In this document: in pieces, positions 38,901-47,203 of the stretch
Position numbering within the stretch: the stretch's first letter is position 1
Layout of the letters: the number at the start of each line of letters is the position of its first letter
Source of the DNA: a virus
Direction: 5' to 3' (one strand)
Length of the DNA stretch: 64,000 nucleotides
IMG/VR virus record: IMGVR_UViG_3300046820_002290
Span: 27,973 to 91,972 of that record
The notes under the pieces: generated by a model
What the model saw: only the letters and a program-made list of their open reading frames with translations
Database searches by the model: none
Told to the model about the DNA's origin: nothing
Made by a program: the position numbers and the translations under genes

Positions 38901-39393
38901 AAATGGCCAAGTTCTGACCGCTTGCTCGGCTTGCTCCACGGGCCTTGTCTGGGCCACTCCGACAGGCGGAAGCAGCCCGGTAGAGACATACAACACACTG
39001 ATCACATTCAACCCTGGTGATAACAACCAGGCTATCATCGGGTGGGAGTCCGAGCGAGGGGGCAGCGAGAGCTATCTCCTCTCGGGCAATGTATCCGCGA
39101 TGGCCTACATTACCATTGGCAGTGGGACTAACGGGGCCACCCCCGAAGCGTGGGCGATGATTATGATTTCATCGATGGGGGGAGAAGGGTTGTCTCAAAT
39201 AATTGCTCAAGACAACACCGGAGGTAACTTCTACATTATGCCTTGGGTGTACCCGGCCTTCAGCGATACAACTATTGTGTATACTCCTCAGCCCTCTGTC
39301 ACTGTGGCTACAACCTACATTGCAAACGTGTCTCTAAACTGGTTCGGAGGATTCCGTTACCAGCCTATCGTCTACGGAACCCCTGCATCATGA
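35959..39393 (+). CDS. Tail fibre protein
   Basis: PIPNSTFSSP N-term; GTVTSVTAGTGLxGGTIT repeats; 54-aa internal duplication (36751, 36913); NTAxG repeats. Confidence 0.85.
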   Translation: MALPIRPNNPNIPIPNSTFSSPLNLYVSGPYFPVVMGTGIDINNNSKVADLNNAGLLEFNGAVGDVNLLAGPGIAVTENGGDFTIDNIGVLGLVAGGNVQISESNGIYTISASDAQTGTVTSVGTGVGLTGGPITTSGTISLDVSGVTAGSYTYPNITVDAYGRVTVASNGVTPLTAINGTAPVQITGTAPTLNVAVANASTVAPGVVQLNDTTTSTSTTQALTAAQGKNLQDQIDALPGGTVTSVTAGTGLSGGTITTSGTIDLANTAVTAGSYTNGSFTVDAQGRLTAASSGTPPVTAVTGTAPIVSTGGSTPAISLANTAVTPGSYTNGSFTVDAQGRLTAASSGTAPVTAVTGTSPIAVTAGATPVVSIAAASTTAAGAVQLNNTTSSTSTSLALTAAQGKSLQDQITALSVSSNIILGGTYNANTGVVDSVTAQGTTAGLVVGNALPAASPANNEIFVIVDVQGSTGPSGTPPYHVGDWYLSDGTTWQFLNVGYQPGQATTLSQGTVQLATNAQVQAGTDSSNAVVSSSLQSKLSDSVSTVSSTTIASSTAVKTANDAAAAAQGDATQALADAASAQATADAALPLAGGSMTGDITFNAGQTFPGTVGDLDFQAKGDLISGFGVNSFGITAVGANGQVLSANSACASGLEWTTPSSGPSPATPTVAGLLTGCADGVLSTTAVGNNALLSLTNGVCNTAIGLDAACSLTTASDNTALGSSALCSVTTEGENTAVGARALILTSGGSNSSLGSRAGRCITTGYGNTAAGRSALEYTCGGNYNSGFGLSALRNACGSYNAAIGYQAGYKSDGDYNVFIGVDSGTQLLTGACNIFIGYNTGLSVTSGCDNVIIGPNVDPGADVSQCLLIGTGTYNWLSGDSTGAVKPGAGVIDCSGSCGTSGQVLMSNGSNAICWGTVTSCPGTVTSVTAGTGLTGGTITSSGTVALDTTCVIQPSALTAKGDIITATAASTPTALGVGTNGQVLTACSACSTGLVWATPTGGSSPVETYNTLITFNPGDNNQAIIGWESERGGSESYLLSGNVSAMAYITIGSGTNGATPEAWAMIMISSMGGEGLSQIIAQDNTGGNFYIMPWVYPAFSDTTIVYTPQPSVTVATTYIANVSLNWFGGFRYQPIVYGTPAS

Positions 39394-39959
39394 TCTGGAA
39401 CAACGCCGAGTTTTACACATCCGTCCTAATGGTTGAGCTGGAAAAGAACGTAAAGTTCCAGGACAGCCCCATCGCTCTCTACGGACTTCTCACTTCCTTC
39501 CAAAGTCCCGCTTTCCGTGATTCCACAGTGAGGGATTTTCTGGAGTCTTTCTCGTCGGTGCAAAATAATATCGGCATCGAAATCGACAGAGTAGAAGAAG
39601 TAATCACCAAGCTTCCCGCAATCTTCGTCTTCCCTAACAAAAAACTAAGCCACTCGCAAGTGCTGGAAGTAGTCAACCAACACCTGGAAACACCCTATGA
39701 GCCTGTAAACAAGGACTTCCGTGCCCTGGGATTCTTCCCATCTCGGGAGGGGTGCCCGGTCCGTGAAGTCTCCGCTGAAGGAATCGTTTACAACAACAAA
39801 GAAGTTTATGGTAAAGAAGGGACAGGCGAAATCCCTGAGTGGGGCATTCCCCTGGTGGAAGAAGCAAGCAAGTTCTGTGACGCTAAGTACAACCACTACA
39901 AGGTAACAGATAAACCCCCCACGCAAAAAGTGTACATCCACGCTAACAATCTCTTCTAA
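39390..39959 (+). CDS. Hypothetical protein
   Basis: ATGA overlap with the fibre stop; 189 aa. Confidence 0.6.
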   Translation: MIWNNAEFYTSVLMVELEKNVKFQDSPIALYGLLTSFQSPAFRDSTVRDFLESFSSVQNNIGIEIDRVEEVITKLPAIFVFPNKKLSHSQVLEVVNQHLETPYEPVNKDFRALGFFPSREGCPVREVSAEGIVYNNKEVYGKEGTGEIPEWGIPLVEEASKFCDAKYNHYKVTDKPPTQKVYIHANNLF

Positions 39960-39961
39960 CT

Positions 39962-41584
39962 ATGGCTAACTTTAGAATTGGTGGCATCCCGGGCGGCTTC
40001 GACATTTCCGCAGCGGGGGAAATCAGCCCCAGGACCGTACTAGATCAGAACGGGTGTGCCGGAACCGCTGGGCAAGCCCTAACTTCCGATGGACTCGGAG
40101 CACTTACTTGGGCTACAGTTGGTGGCGGTGGTGGTAGTGGCACCGTCACAAGCATTACTGCTGGAACTGGCCTTACTGGGGGAACAATCACAACCTCCGG
40201 CACCATTGCCCTCGATACCGCTTGCGTTCTAAGACCAGCGGATTTCACGGCGAAAGGGCAGCTAATCGTGGGAAATGGCAGCGGTTTCTGCCATGTTCTG
40301 TCCGCTGGCACCAACGGTCAATACCTGGTTGCCAACTCCTCGATCAACCCTGGCGGACTTGTTTGGTGTACATTCCCAGGAATCTGCTCCTCTGCCTACA
40401 CCGCCAAAGGCGCAATCCTGTCCGCCTCCGCTGCCTCCGCCCCATCAGCTCTCGCAGTAGGCGCTAACGGCACGGTACTTACGGCAGACTCAGCGTGTGC
40501 TCTAGGAATAAAATGGGCTGCGGCGGCTGGGGCTTCGGCCGCTACCCCAACAGCTGCTGGAACTGTGTTCGGCTGCACTATGTCTGCAGGGTTGCTTAAC
40601 ACGGCCCTCGGAAACAATGCTCTGGCAGCTCCCGGATCTTTTGGATGCAACACCGCCGTCGGATACTGCGCCTTAGCATCTTCCACCTCTGCATATTTCA
40701 ACACAGCTGTCGGCAACTGTGCTGGAAAAATCGTAAGCGGCACCAACAACACTTTCGTAGGAAACCGTGCTGGCGGTGCTTTTACAGCTGGGGGTTTCAA
40801 CCAAAGTAGTGCAACTGCTATTGGTGCGGGTGCCATGGCAAACTCCACCGGCGCTGGTTCCACAGTCGTAGGGCAGAGCGCAGGAAACTACATGAACGGA
40901 AACTATAACGTCGGTGTAGGGACGTCAGCCCTTCACGGAAGTTTTTCGGGAATGACCGGCGCCTTTAACATCGGCATCGGGGATTTTGCCGGGTGTGGAC
41001 TTTCTACAGGCTGCTGTAACATTGCCATCGGATTCCAAAGTCTGACGGCTGCGGACACCGCTGTGTGTAACACAGGTGTAGGTTTCCAAACTCTTTGTAA
41101 CGTTACCTCTGGAATCAACAACATTGCTATTGGCCCAAACTCAGGCACTGTTATCAGCGGGGACACTAGCGGCATCGTCAACTTGACGACAGAGTCAAAT
41201 CGCATTGTGATGGGCAACTTCAACCACACTTGTGCTCAAATCAAGATTGGCTGGACCGTAACCTCAGACGTTCGCGACAAAGCTATCGACCCTGTAGGAG
41301 TACCTTACGGACTCTCCTTCGTCAAGCAGATTACCCCAATCTCCTACTGCTGGTGTGATCGCACGACCGGTGAAATTACCGAGGATCGGAAACGTTTCGG
41401 ATTCAGTGCCCAAAACATCTGCGCTCTGGAGACCGAAACCGATCACCCTGTCATCGTTAGTGCCGATGACCCCGAGCATCTGATGATTACCGATCAGGCG
41501 CTGCTGCCAGTTCTCGTCAACGCAATCAAGGAACTCTCAGCCAAAGTCGAAGCACTCGAAGCAAAGCTGGCGGCCCACGGGTAA
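39962..41584 (+). CDS. Tail fibre with S74 chaperone
   Basis: TSDVRDK...GLSFVKQITPISY...RFGFSAQ...LLPVLVNAIKEL; stop codon lies within GGGTAAAA. Confidence 0.85.
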   Translation: MANFRIGGIPGGFDISAAGEISPRTVLDQNGCAGTAGQALTSDGLGALTWATVGGGGGSGTVTSITAGTGLTGGTITTSGTIALDTACVLRPADFTAKGQLIVGNGSGFCHVLSAGTNGQYLVANSSINPGGLVWCTFPGICSSAYTAKGAILSASAASAPSALAVGANGTVLTADSACALGIKWAAAAGASAATPTAAGTVFGCTMSAGLLNTALGNNALAAPGSFGCNTAVGYCALASSTSAYFNTAVGNCAGKIVSGTNNTFVGNRAGGAFTAGGFNQSSATAIGAGAMANSTGAGSTVVGQSAGNYMNGNYNVGVGTSALHGSFSGMTGAFNIGIGDFAGCGLSTGCCNIAIGFQSLTAADTAVCNTGVGFQTLCNVTSGINNIAIGPNSGTVISGDTSGIVNLTTESNRIVMGNFNHTCAQIKIGWTVTSDVRDKAIDPVGVPYGLSFVKQITPISYCWCDRTTGEITEDRKRFGFSAQNICALETETDHPVIVSADDPEHLMITDQALLPVLVNAIKELSAKVEALEAKLAAHG

Positions 41585-41586
41585 AA
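41579..41586 (+). promoter_or_regulatory. GGGTAAAA putative late promoter
   Basis: Exact motif containing upstream stop. Confidence 0.7.
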
Positions 41587-41612
41587 CCACTTATCGCTAG
41601 GTAGTTTGTCAG

Positions 41613-42914
41613 ATGGCATTGCCCGTCCCCCCAACACTCAATAATCCCATCCCAAACAACCCATTTTATAGCCTTCCGGCATACATTACCAAGGGTGCGT
41701 ACTACCCGATCACAGTAGGGGCCGGTCTGAGCGTCGATCCCGCCACAGCCGTCATCACCTCAACCGGTGGTGGCGGTGGTGCTGTATCCAGCATTATTGC
41801 TGGGTCGGGAATTAGCGTAAACGCTGCTACAGGCAATGTCACGGTTACCAACACAGGTGTAACAAATATCACCGCAGGCACCGGTATCTCCATCTCTGGC
41901 GGGACCGGTAACGTAACCATCAACTCGCTTACGACCGGGACGGTTCTGGCAGTTAATACTGGCGCTGGCCTTACGGGTGGCCCGATTACCACCTCCGGCA
42001 CCATCGATCTTAGGACCACCGGGGTGGTCCCAGGCACATACACCAACCCCACCCTTAGCGTTGACGGTTACGGTCGGATTTCTTCGGCATTAAACGGAAC
42101 TTCCGTTGGTTCGGTAACTGGTACTCTACCTATTACGGTAACCGCCGGTGCCAACCCCGTCGTGGCAATCAATCCGGCATCCACCGCAAGCTGCGGTGCA
42201 GTCTTGCTTTCGGACGCAGTCAATAGCACATCTTCGGCAACTGCTGCAACATCGTTGGCCGTAAAGACAGCTTACGACATTGCCATCGCAGCCATTCCCA
42301 AGAGTTGCATCACTGGCGTTGGCACCCTGATTACCGGTACCGGCCCGAGCACTCCGGTGGCTCTCCCGGTTGGCACCAACGGGCAGATTCTCGCTGCGTG
42401 TTCTTCCTGCGTTGGCGGCTTGTATTGGGCGAGCACAAATGTGCCCCCGTTTGGCACTCCGAACTACGGCTCCTTCCTTAACACTGGTACCCAGACTATC
42501 GGCACAGTGAACGTGCCGCAACCTGTCACACTCAACACGACTGTTGCCGCAAGCGGATTCACTCTGATCGGTGGCTCTCAAATTACGGCAACAAACGCCG
42601 GTATTTACAATCTTCAGTTTTCAATTCAGCTCGTTGTTACTACCGGTGGTGGCGGCATCGCTGAGATCTGGCTTGTGAAGAACGGGGTTGCAGTGCCGAA
42701 CAGCAATACCCAGTTTGCTGTCAAGAATACTAACGAAGCTGAGTTTGCCGCTCTGAACTTTGTGGAGAGTCTGGCTGCGGGCGATAACTTGCAGCTGTTC
42801 TGGGCTACAGATGACATTCACGTACAACTCATCTCGTATGCTGCGGGCGCCAACTTCGCAGGAGCGCCTGCGATTCCAAGTGCCATTGTCACTGTGGTTC
42901 CAGTCGGCGCCTGA
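41613..42914 (+). CDS. Fibre protein with C1q/BclA-like C-terminal head
   Basis: PIPNNPFY N-term; YGSF...QITATNAGIYNLQFSIQ...LAAGDNLQLFW jelly-roll pattern. Confidence 0.7.
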   Translation: MALPVPPTLNNPIPNNPFYSLPAYITKGAYYPITVGAGLSVDPATAVITSTGGGGGAVSSIIAGSGISVNAATGNVTVTNTGVTNITAGTGISISGGTGNVTINSLTTGTVLAVNTGAGLTGGPITTSGTIDLRTTGVVPGTYTNPTLSVDGYGRISSALNGTSVGSVTGTLPITVTAGANPVVAINPASTASCGAVLLSDAVNSTSSATAATSLAVKTAYDIAIAAIPKSCITGVGTLITGTGPSTPVALPVGTNGQILAACSSCVGGLYWASTNVPPFGTPNYGSFLNTGTQTIGTVNVPQPVTLNTTVAASGFTLIGGSQITATNAGIYNLQFSIQLVVTTGGGGIAEIWLVKNGVAVPNSNTQFAVKNTNEAEFAALNFVESLAAGDNLQLFWATDDIHVQLISYAAGANFAGAPAIPSAIVTVVPVGA

Positions 42915-42918
42915 TAAC

Positions 42919-42926
42919 GGGTAAAA
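42919..42926 (+). promoter_or_regulatory. GGGTAAAA putative late promoter
   Basis: Exact motif, 39 nt before start. Confidence 0.7.
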
Positions 42927-42957
42927 CCAGTTTACGAGGTCGCCCTGTCGCTAGAAG

Positions 42958-44685
42958 ATGTCTTTAATCACTCCCATCCCTAACGGTCCGTTTTATTCTT
43001 CTCCATCGTATTACGTAAACTCTCCCCAGGGCTTCCTCATCGTTGGGAGTGGCCTTTCGGTTGCTCCTGATGGCACCTTGCTATCGGCGTCGAGTGCGGG
43101 TGGTACCGTTACCGGTGTTACCGCTGGCGTCGGCCTCTCGGGTGGCACAATCACTCTCGCAGGCACCATCAACCTGGTTCCCGCCACGAACTCCACTCTC
43201 GGTGGTATCAAGGTCGGTGCCAACCTGATTGTTGCTCCTGACGGTACGCTGTCGGCGTTGCCCCCAGGCACAGGAACTGTAAATAATATTACTCTCGGCA
43301 CAGGACTCATCGGCGGTGGTGGTGGCCCTGTCGTCAACATTTCGTTGGCTCCCGCCTCCAAGACCCAGTTCGGTGGCGTTGTCATCGGTAACGGTATTGA
43401 CGTTGTTGGTGGTTTGATTTCTCTGAGTGCTGCTACCACAGCAGCGGTGGGTGGCGTCCGCCTGGCAACTTCTGCCGAGGTTATTGCTGGTACGGACGCT
43501 AGCAAGGTTGTTACGCCTGCAACTCTGGCGGCAAAGACAGCCACCTTGCTGCGGCCGGGAATCGTACAGCTGTCGGACAGCGTAGCTATCGCTGATAGCA
43601 CCAAGGCTGCCACGCAGACTGCGGCGTTCACTGCAAATGCCGCTGCCGTAGCCGCTCAGGCAACTGCCAACGCAGCGCTGCCAAAAGCTGGCGGGGTGAT
43701 GACTGGCGTCATTACGTTCGCCGCTGGGCAAACATTCCCCGGTGTTGCTTTCCCGGTTGCTACTGCCAACTCGCTCGGTGTAATCTCCGCTGGCCCTGGC
43801 CTATCGGTTAATGCCTCTGGCGTTCTCAGCACGGTCAATAACGGAACTGTAACTGCCGTGACCGCAGGGGAAGGTCTCGGGGCTCCTGCAACTGGTAACA
43901 CCATTTCTACATCGGGCACACTTCGTGTCGTTCCCCCTAGCACAGATGGGACCAAGATTGGGGGTGTGAAGGCTGGCACCAACGTTTCAATTGCCTTTGA
44001 CGGAACCCTTAGCGTCCCTGGCTCCAACTTCATCGCAAGTAATAACCCCTATCTCTTCAATGGCTATGTCTGGCCTGCTCCGTTAGCTTCGCCCTCATTG
44101 CCTTTCCCTGGAGTCAACGGTCAGGTTCTGACTGTTATTGACAATGTTGCGGGGACAATCGGATGGACTAGCACAGGCACTCTGCAGTCGGTTGTTGCTG
44201 GTCCGGGGCTGACCGTCACTTCTACGCCGACAACTGCTACAGTTTCTTTGACGACGGTACCATCTATTACTGCCGGGAATTTTGGTGGGACCACGCTCAT
44301 ACCCACGCTGTCAGTCAATCAGTATGGGCAACTTGTTTCTGTAGGTGAGGCAAATTGTTACCCGCCTTTCCTTCAGGCCACGGTTACGGCTCCGCCTTCG
44401 CTGGTTCTTGACTTCACCACCAATAATACTAATTGGGAATACACTCTGCAAGGAAACACTACAATTATCAACCCCGTAAACGCTCAGTCGGGCCAAACGG
44501 GATATTTACTCCTGCGTCAAAATCCGCTGTCCCCTTACACAGTTACTTGGGACTCAAGCTGGAAGTGGGCTAATTTTGCCCCTTACGCAGGAAACCCTAC
44601 TCTGGCTGCCGTGGACATGATTCAATTCGTGGTTGTTGATCCTAACTATGTCGTTGTTACTGGCCTGATCGAAAACATAGGGTAA
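42958..44685 (+). CDS. Tail fibre protein
   Basis: PIPNGPFY N-term; PATxxxLGGIKVG repeats; stop codon lies within GGGTAAAA. Confidence 0.8.
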   Translation: MSLITPIPNGPFYSSPSYYVNSPQGFLIVGSGLSVAPDGTLLSASSAGGTVTGVTAGVGLSGGTITLAGTINLVPATNSTLGGIKVGANLIVAPDGTLSALPPGTGTVNNITLGTGLIGGGGGPVVNISLAPASKTQFGGVVIGNGIDVVGGLISLSAATTAAVGGVRLATSAEVIAGTDASKVVTPATLAAKTATLLRPGIVQLSDSVAIADSTKAATQTAAFTANAAAVAAQATANAALPKAGGVMTGVITFAAGQTFPGVAFPVATANSLGVISAGPGLSVNASGVLSTVNNGTVTAVTAGEGLGAPATGNTISTSGTLRVVPPSTDGTKIGGVKAGTNVSIAFDGTLSVPGSNFIASNNPYLFNGYVWPAPLASPSLPFPGVNGQVLTVIDNVAGTIGWTSTGTLQSVVAGPGLTVTSTPTTATVSLTTVPSITAGNFGGTTLIPTLSVNQYGQLVSVGEANCYPPFLQATVTAPPSLVLDFTTNNTNWEYTLQGNTTIINPVNAQSGQTGYLLLRQNPLSPYTVTWDSSWKWANFAPYAGNPTLAAVDMIQFVVVDPNYVVVTGLIENIG

Positions 44686-44687
44686 AA
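44680..44687 (+). promoter_or_regulatory. GGGTAAAA putative late promoter
   Basis: Exact motif containing upstream stop; precedes pseudoknot A. Confidence 0.7.
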
Positions 44688-44693
44688 CCTGAC

Positions 44694-44746
44694 GGGTTGG
44701 TTGGTTTTCTTTAGCGAGTTTTCCAACCTTCCCAATAAACTCGCTA
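44694..44746 (+). ncRNA. Putative pseudoknot/switch 5' leader RNA of endonuclease gene (copy A)
   Basis: GGTTGG/CCAACC (+GGG/CCC) interleaved with TAGCGAGTTT/AAACTCGCTA; same architecture with compensatory changes at 61260-61307. Confidence 0.65.
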
Positions 44747-44754
44747 CCAGTATT

Positions 44755-45579
44755 ATGCAACCACGTATTTATACGTACAAGATCACGTTTGAAGAGATTC
44801 CTCACTGGTATTGGGGAGTGCATAAAGAGAAGAGATATAGCGATGGGTATATGGGCTCTCCCGTGACTCATAAATGGATGTGGGATTTCTATACGCCGAA
44901 GATTCAGATTTTGGAGTTCTTCCCTTACACAGAAGAGGGATGGAAGCAAGCAAACTTAGTTGAAGACAGATTGATTAAACCAGACTTAAATGACCCGCTC
45001 TGTCTAAATGAGGGTTGCGGAGCTCGAGTTTCCAGGGAAGCCGCACAGCGTGGTGGATACAAGATGAAAGGAGTTCCCAAGACCGGTGAGCACCGCAAGA
45101 AGATAGGTGATGGCAACAGGGGGAAGAAAAGAAGTCCAGAGTACTGTCAGGCTCTTTCCGAACGGAATAAGGGAAGAATTTTAACCGAGGAACAAAAGGC
45201 TCAACGAAGTGCATCCATGCGTCAATTCTACCAAGAAAATCCCGAGGCTAGGCAGAAAAAATCAGAAGAGGGTAGTCAAAGAAAGTGGTATCACAACTCT
45301 GCAACGGGGGAAACTCGCCATTGTGTAGAGGCCCCTTCTCCTGAATGGAAAGAGGGTAGACCAATTGAATACTTAGGGGCCCCATGGTGGACGGATGGCA
45401 AACAAAATAGAAGGTCTCTTGAAAAACCGGGGCCCGAGTGGGAGCGAGGTATAAGCAATCACCCGAGTAAAAGGCGATTCCGGTGCACACTAACCGGGTT
45501 TGTTTCTAGTTCCGCCGGACTCACAAAGTATCAAAATTCACGGGGGATTGACACCTCAAATCGCGTTCGCGTTGAGTGA
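44755..45579 (+). mobile_element. Free-standing GIY-YIG-like homing endonuclease with NUMOD3-like repeats
   Basis: IYTYKITF..WYWGVH..DGYMGS, CLN; EHRKKIG..NRGKKRS repeats; W..DG..N.R...PG..W..G modules. Confidence 0.8.
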
Positions 45580-45607
45580 TTTACCAGCGGTCGCATTAAG
45601 CTAAAAT
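45580..45607 (+). promoter_or_regulatory. Putative sigma70/early-type promoter
   Basis: TTTACC-N16-TAAAAT before the GT9 gene. Confidence 0.45.
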
Positions 45608-45628
45608 CACATTACACATCAGCAACCA

Positions 45629-46564
45629 ATGTCCGACAAAAAATACTCGATCTTTACCCACCAGGGTGGATTAGGGAAGTCGATCGCAGCAACCGCTGTG
45701 GCCCAAGCTATCAAGAATAATTTCAAAGACAGAGAACTCATCGTGGTCACACCCTGGCCGGAGTTGTGGGTGAACCTCCCGTTTGTTTACCGGGTTTTTC
45801 CACTCGGCAACACCAGTTACTTTTATGAAGAATTCGTGAGAGACAAGGGTTCTCTCATCTTTGGTAATGAACCATATTACACGCACACCCACATTAATCA
45901 TGAGCTCCCGCTTGCAGAAAGCTGGTGCAAGATGTATCAAATAGAATTCAAAGGCGAAAAGCCGATGATTCGTATCAACAGTGAACAACGTAAGGCAATC
46001 CGTAACTTTTACGAACCCAAGTTCGAGGGTAAAGACCTCCTGATTCTTCATTGCTGCGGGGGCCTCTATCAAAATGAGAAAGCGTTTTGCTGGCAAAGGG
46101 ACATGCCTTATGAGGTAGCCACCAAGGTCGCTAAGCATTTTCAACAGAAGGGAATGTATGTGATGCAGATCACACGACCAGCAAGTTACAAAATCCCGGA
46201 CGTATTTGTGCGAAATGAACAATTATCGCAGACTGAACTCGTAGGCTTGCTGGAACTGTCTTCCAAGCGTCTACTCATTGATTCGAGCCTTCAACACGCT
46301 TCAATGGGCCTCGGTTTACCCTCAGTTGTTCTTTGGAACGCAACCGATCCCTTGCTATTCGGATATCCTTTCCACACAAACATCGTAGCCAAACAGAAAC
46401 CTCACAAGCCATTGCCTGGCGCATTTTTGTTTGATTATAGCTTCGATGGTTCAGAAAATGAGTGGCCCTATGAGGAAGGGGACGAAAAAGACTTGTTTAA
46501 TGTAGACGAGATTATCTCAGCCTTGGAAGCTCAAACTAACGAACCCAAAAAAGGATTCGCATAG
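45629..46564 (+). CDS. Glycosyltransferase, GT9 (heptosyltransferase)-like
   Basis: GGLGKSIAAT...IK...ELIVVT and IDSSLQHASMGLGLPSVVLW motifs. Confidence 0.7.
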   Translation: MSDKKYSIFTHQGGLGKSIAATAVAQAIKNNFKDRELIVVTPWPELWVNLPFVYRVFPLGNTSYFYEEFVRDKGSLIFGNEPYYTHTHINHELPLAESWCKMYQIEFKGEKPMIRINSEQRKAIRNFYEPKFEGKDLLILHCCGGLYQNEKAFCWQRDMPYEVATKVAKHFQQKGMYVMQITRPASYKIPDVFVRNEQLSQTELVGLLELSSKRLLIDSSLQHASMGLGLPSVVLWNATDPLLFGYPFHTNIVAKQKPHKPLPGAFLFDYSFDGSENEWPYEEGDEKDLFNVDEIISALEAQTNEPKKGFA

Positions 46565-46588
46565 TTTGCTTCGCAAACCTGACACCAC

Positions 46589-46615
46589 GGGAGCCGCAAG
46601 GCTCCCTTTCTCTTT
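46589..46615 (+). terminator. Rho-independent terminator
   Basis: GGGAGCC-GCAA-GGCTCCC-TTTCTCTTT. Confidence 0.85.
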
Positions 46616-46621
46616 GGCAAC

Positions 46622-46629
46622 GGGTAAAA
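46622..46629 (+). promoter_or_regulatory. GGGTAAAA putative late promoter
   Basis: Exact motif just after a terminator. Confidence 0.75.
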
Positions 46630-46659
46630 CCCCCATAGCACCTAACCCGTTTGCATAAT

Positions 46660-47148
46660 ATGCCCGCCATCGTCTTTCCGCCATCGCCGGCACTCAACGA
46701 TGTCTACCCCTTGGACCCCGGCACTTCCGGAGTCACCCAATACAAGTGGGACGGCACCAAGTGGGTAGCTGTGCCCACTGCAATCAACCTTGGCTCCCCA
46801 AACCAAGGCGCCTTTAACGATTATCAATGGCCGCCTACCGCAGGTGCGGCTGGGCGCCAGTTGACAACGGATGGCCTCGGCAACCTGACATGGAGTGGCG
46901 AAGCCGATGTGAGCATCCAGGCTCTTGGCCTCTCCACATTGATTGACGGAGTTTCGAGCACCTACACATTGACCGAACTCGGCACCCCAACATTCTTCAC
47001 TCCGACCCCCTCTACCAACATCGTGGTCTTCCTGGGCGGCGTACCGCAGACGCCCACAGGATACTCAGTGACTGGCAACCAAATCACTTTCACCGGTGTG
47101 CCGCCGGCTGGTACGACTTTCTACGGAATCTCGAACGTTGTGGTATAA
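46660..47148 (+). CDS. Small fibre-associated protein
   Basis: FPPSPALNDVY..YKWDGTKW; VFLGGVPQTP module shared with 22225. Confidence 0.65.
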   Translation: MPAIVFPPSPALNDVYPLDPGTSGVTQYKWDGTKWVAVPTAINLGSPNQGAFNDYQWPPTAGAAGRQLTTDGLGNLTWSGEADVSIQALGLSTLIDGVSSTYTLTELGTPTFFTPTPSTNIVVFLGGVPQTPTGYSVTGNQITFTGVPPAGTTFYGISNVVV

Positions 47149-47162
47149 ACTTGACGGCAGTA

Positions 47163-47170
47163 GGGTAAAA
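47163..47170 (+). promoter_or_regulatory. GGGTAAAA putative late promoter
   Basis: Exact motif, 41 nt before start. Confidence 0.7.
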
Positions 47171-47203
47171 GCAGTTTACAGGAAATAGTTTGGAGTTAGC
47201 TTC

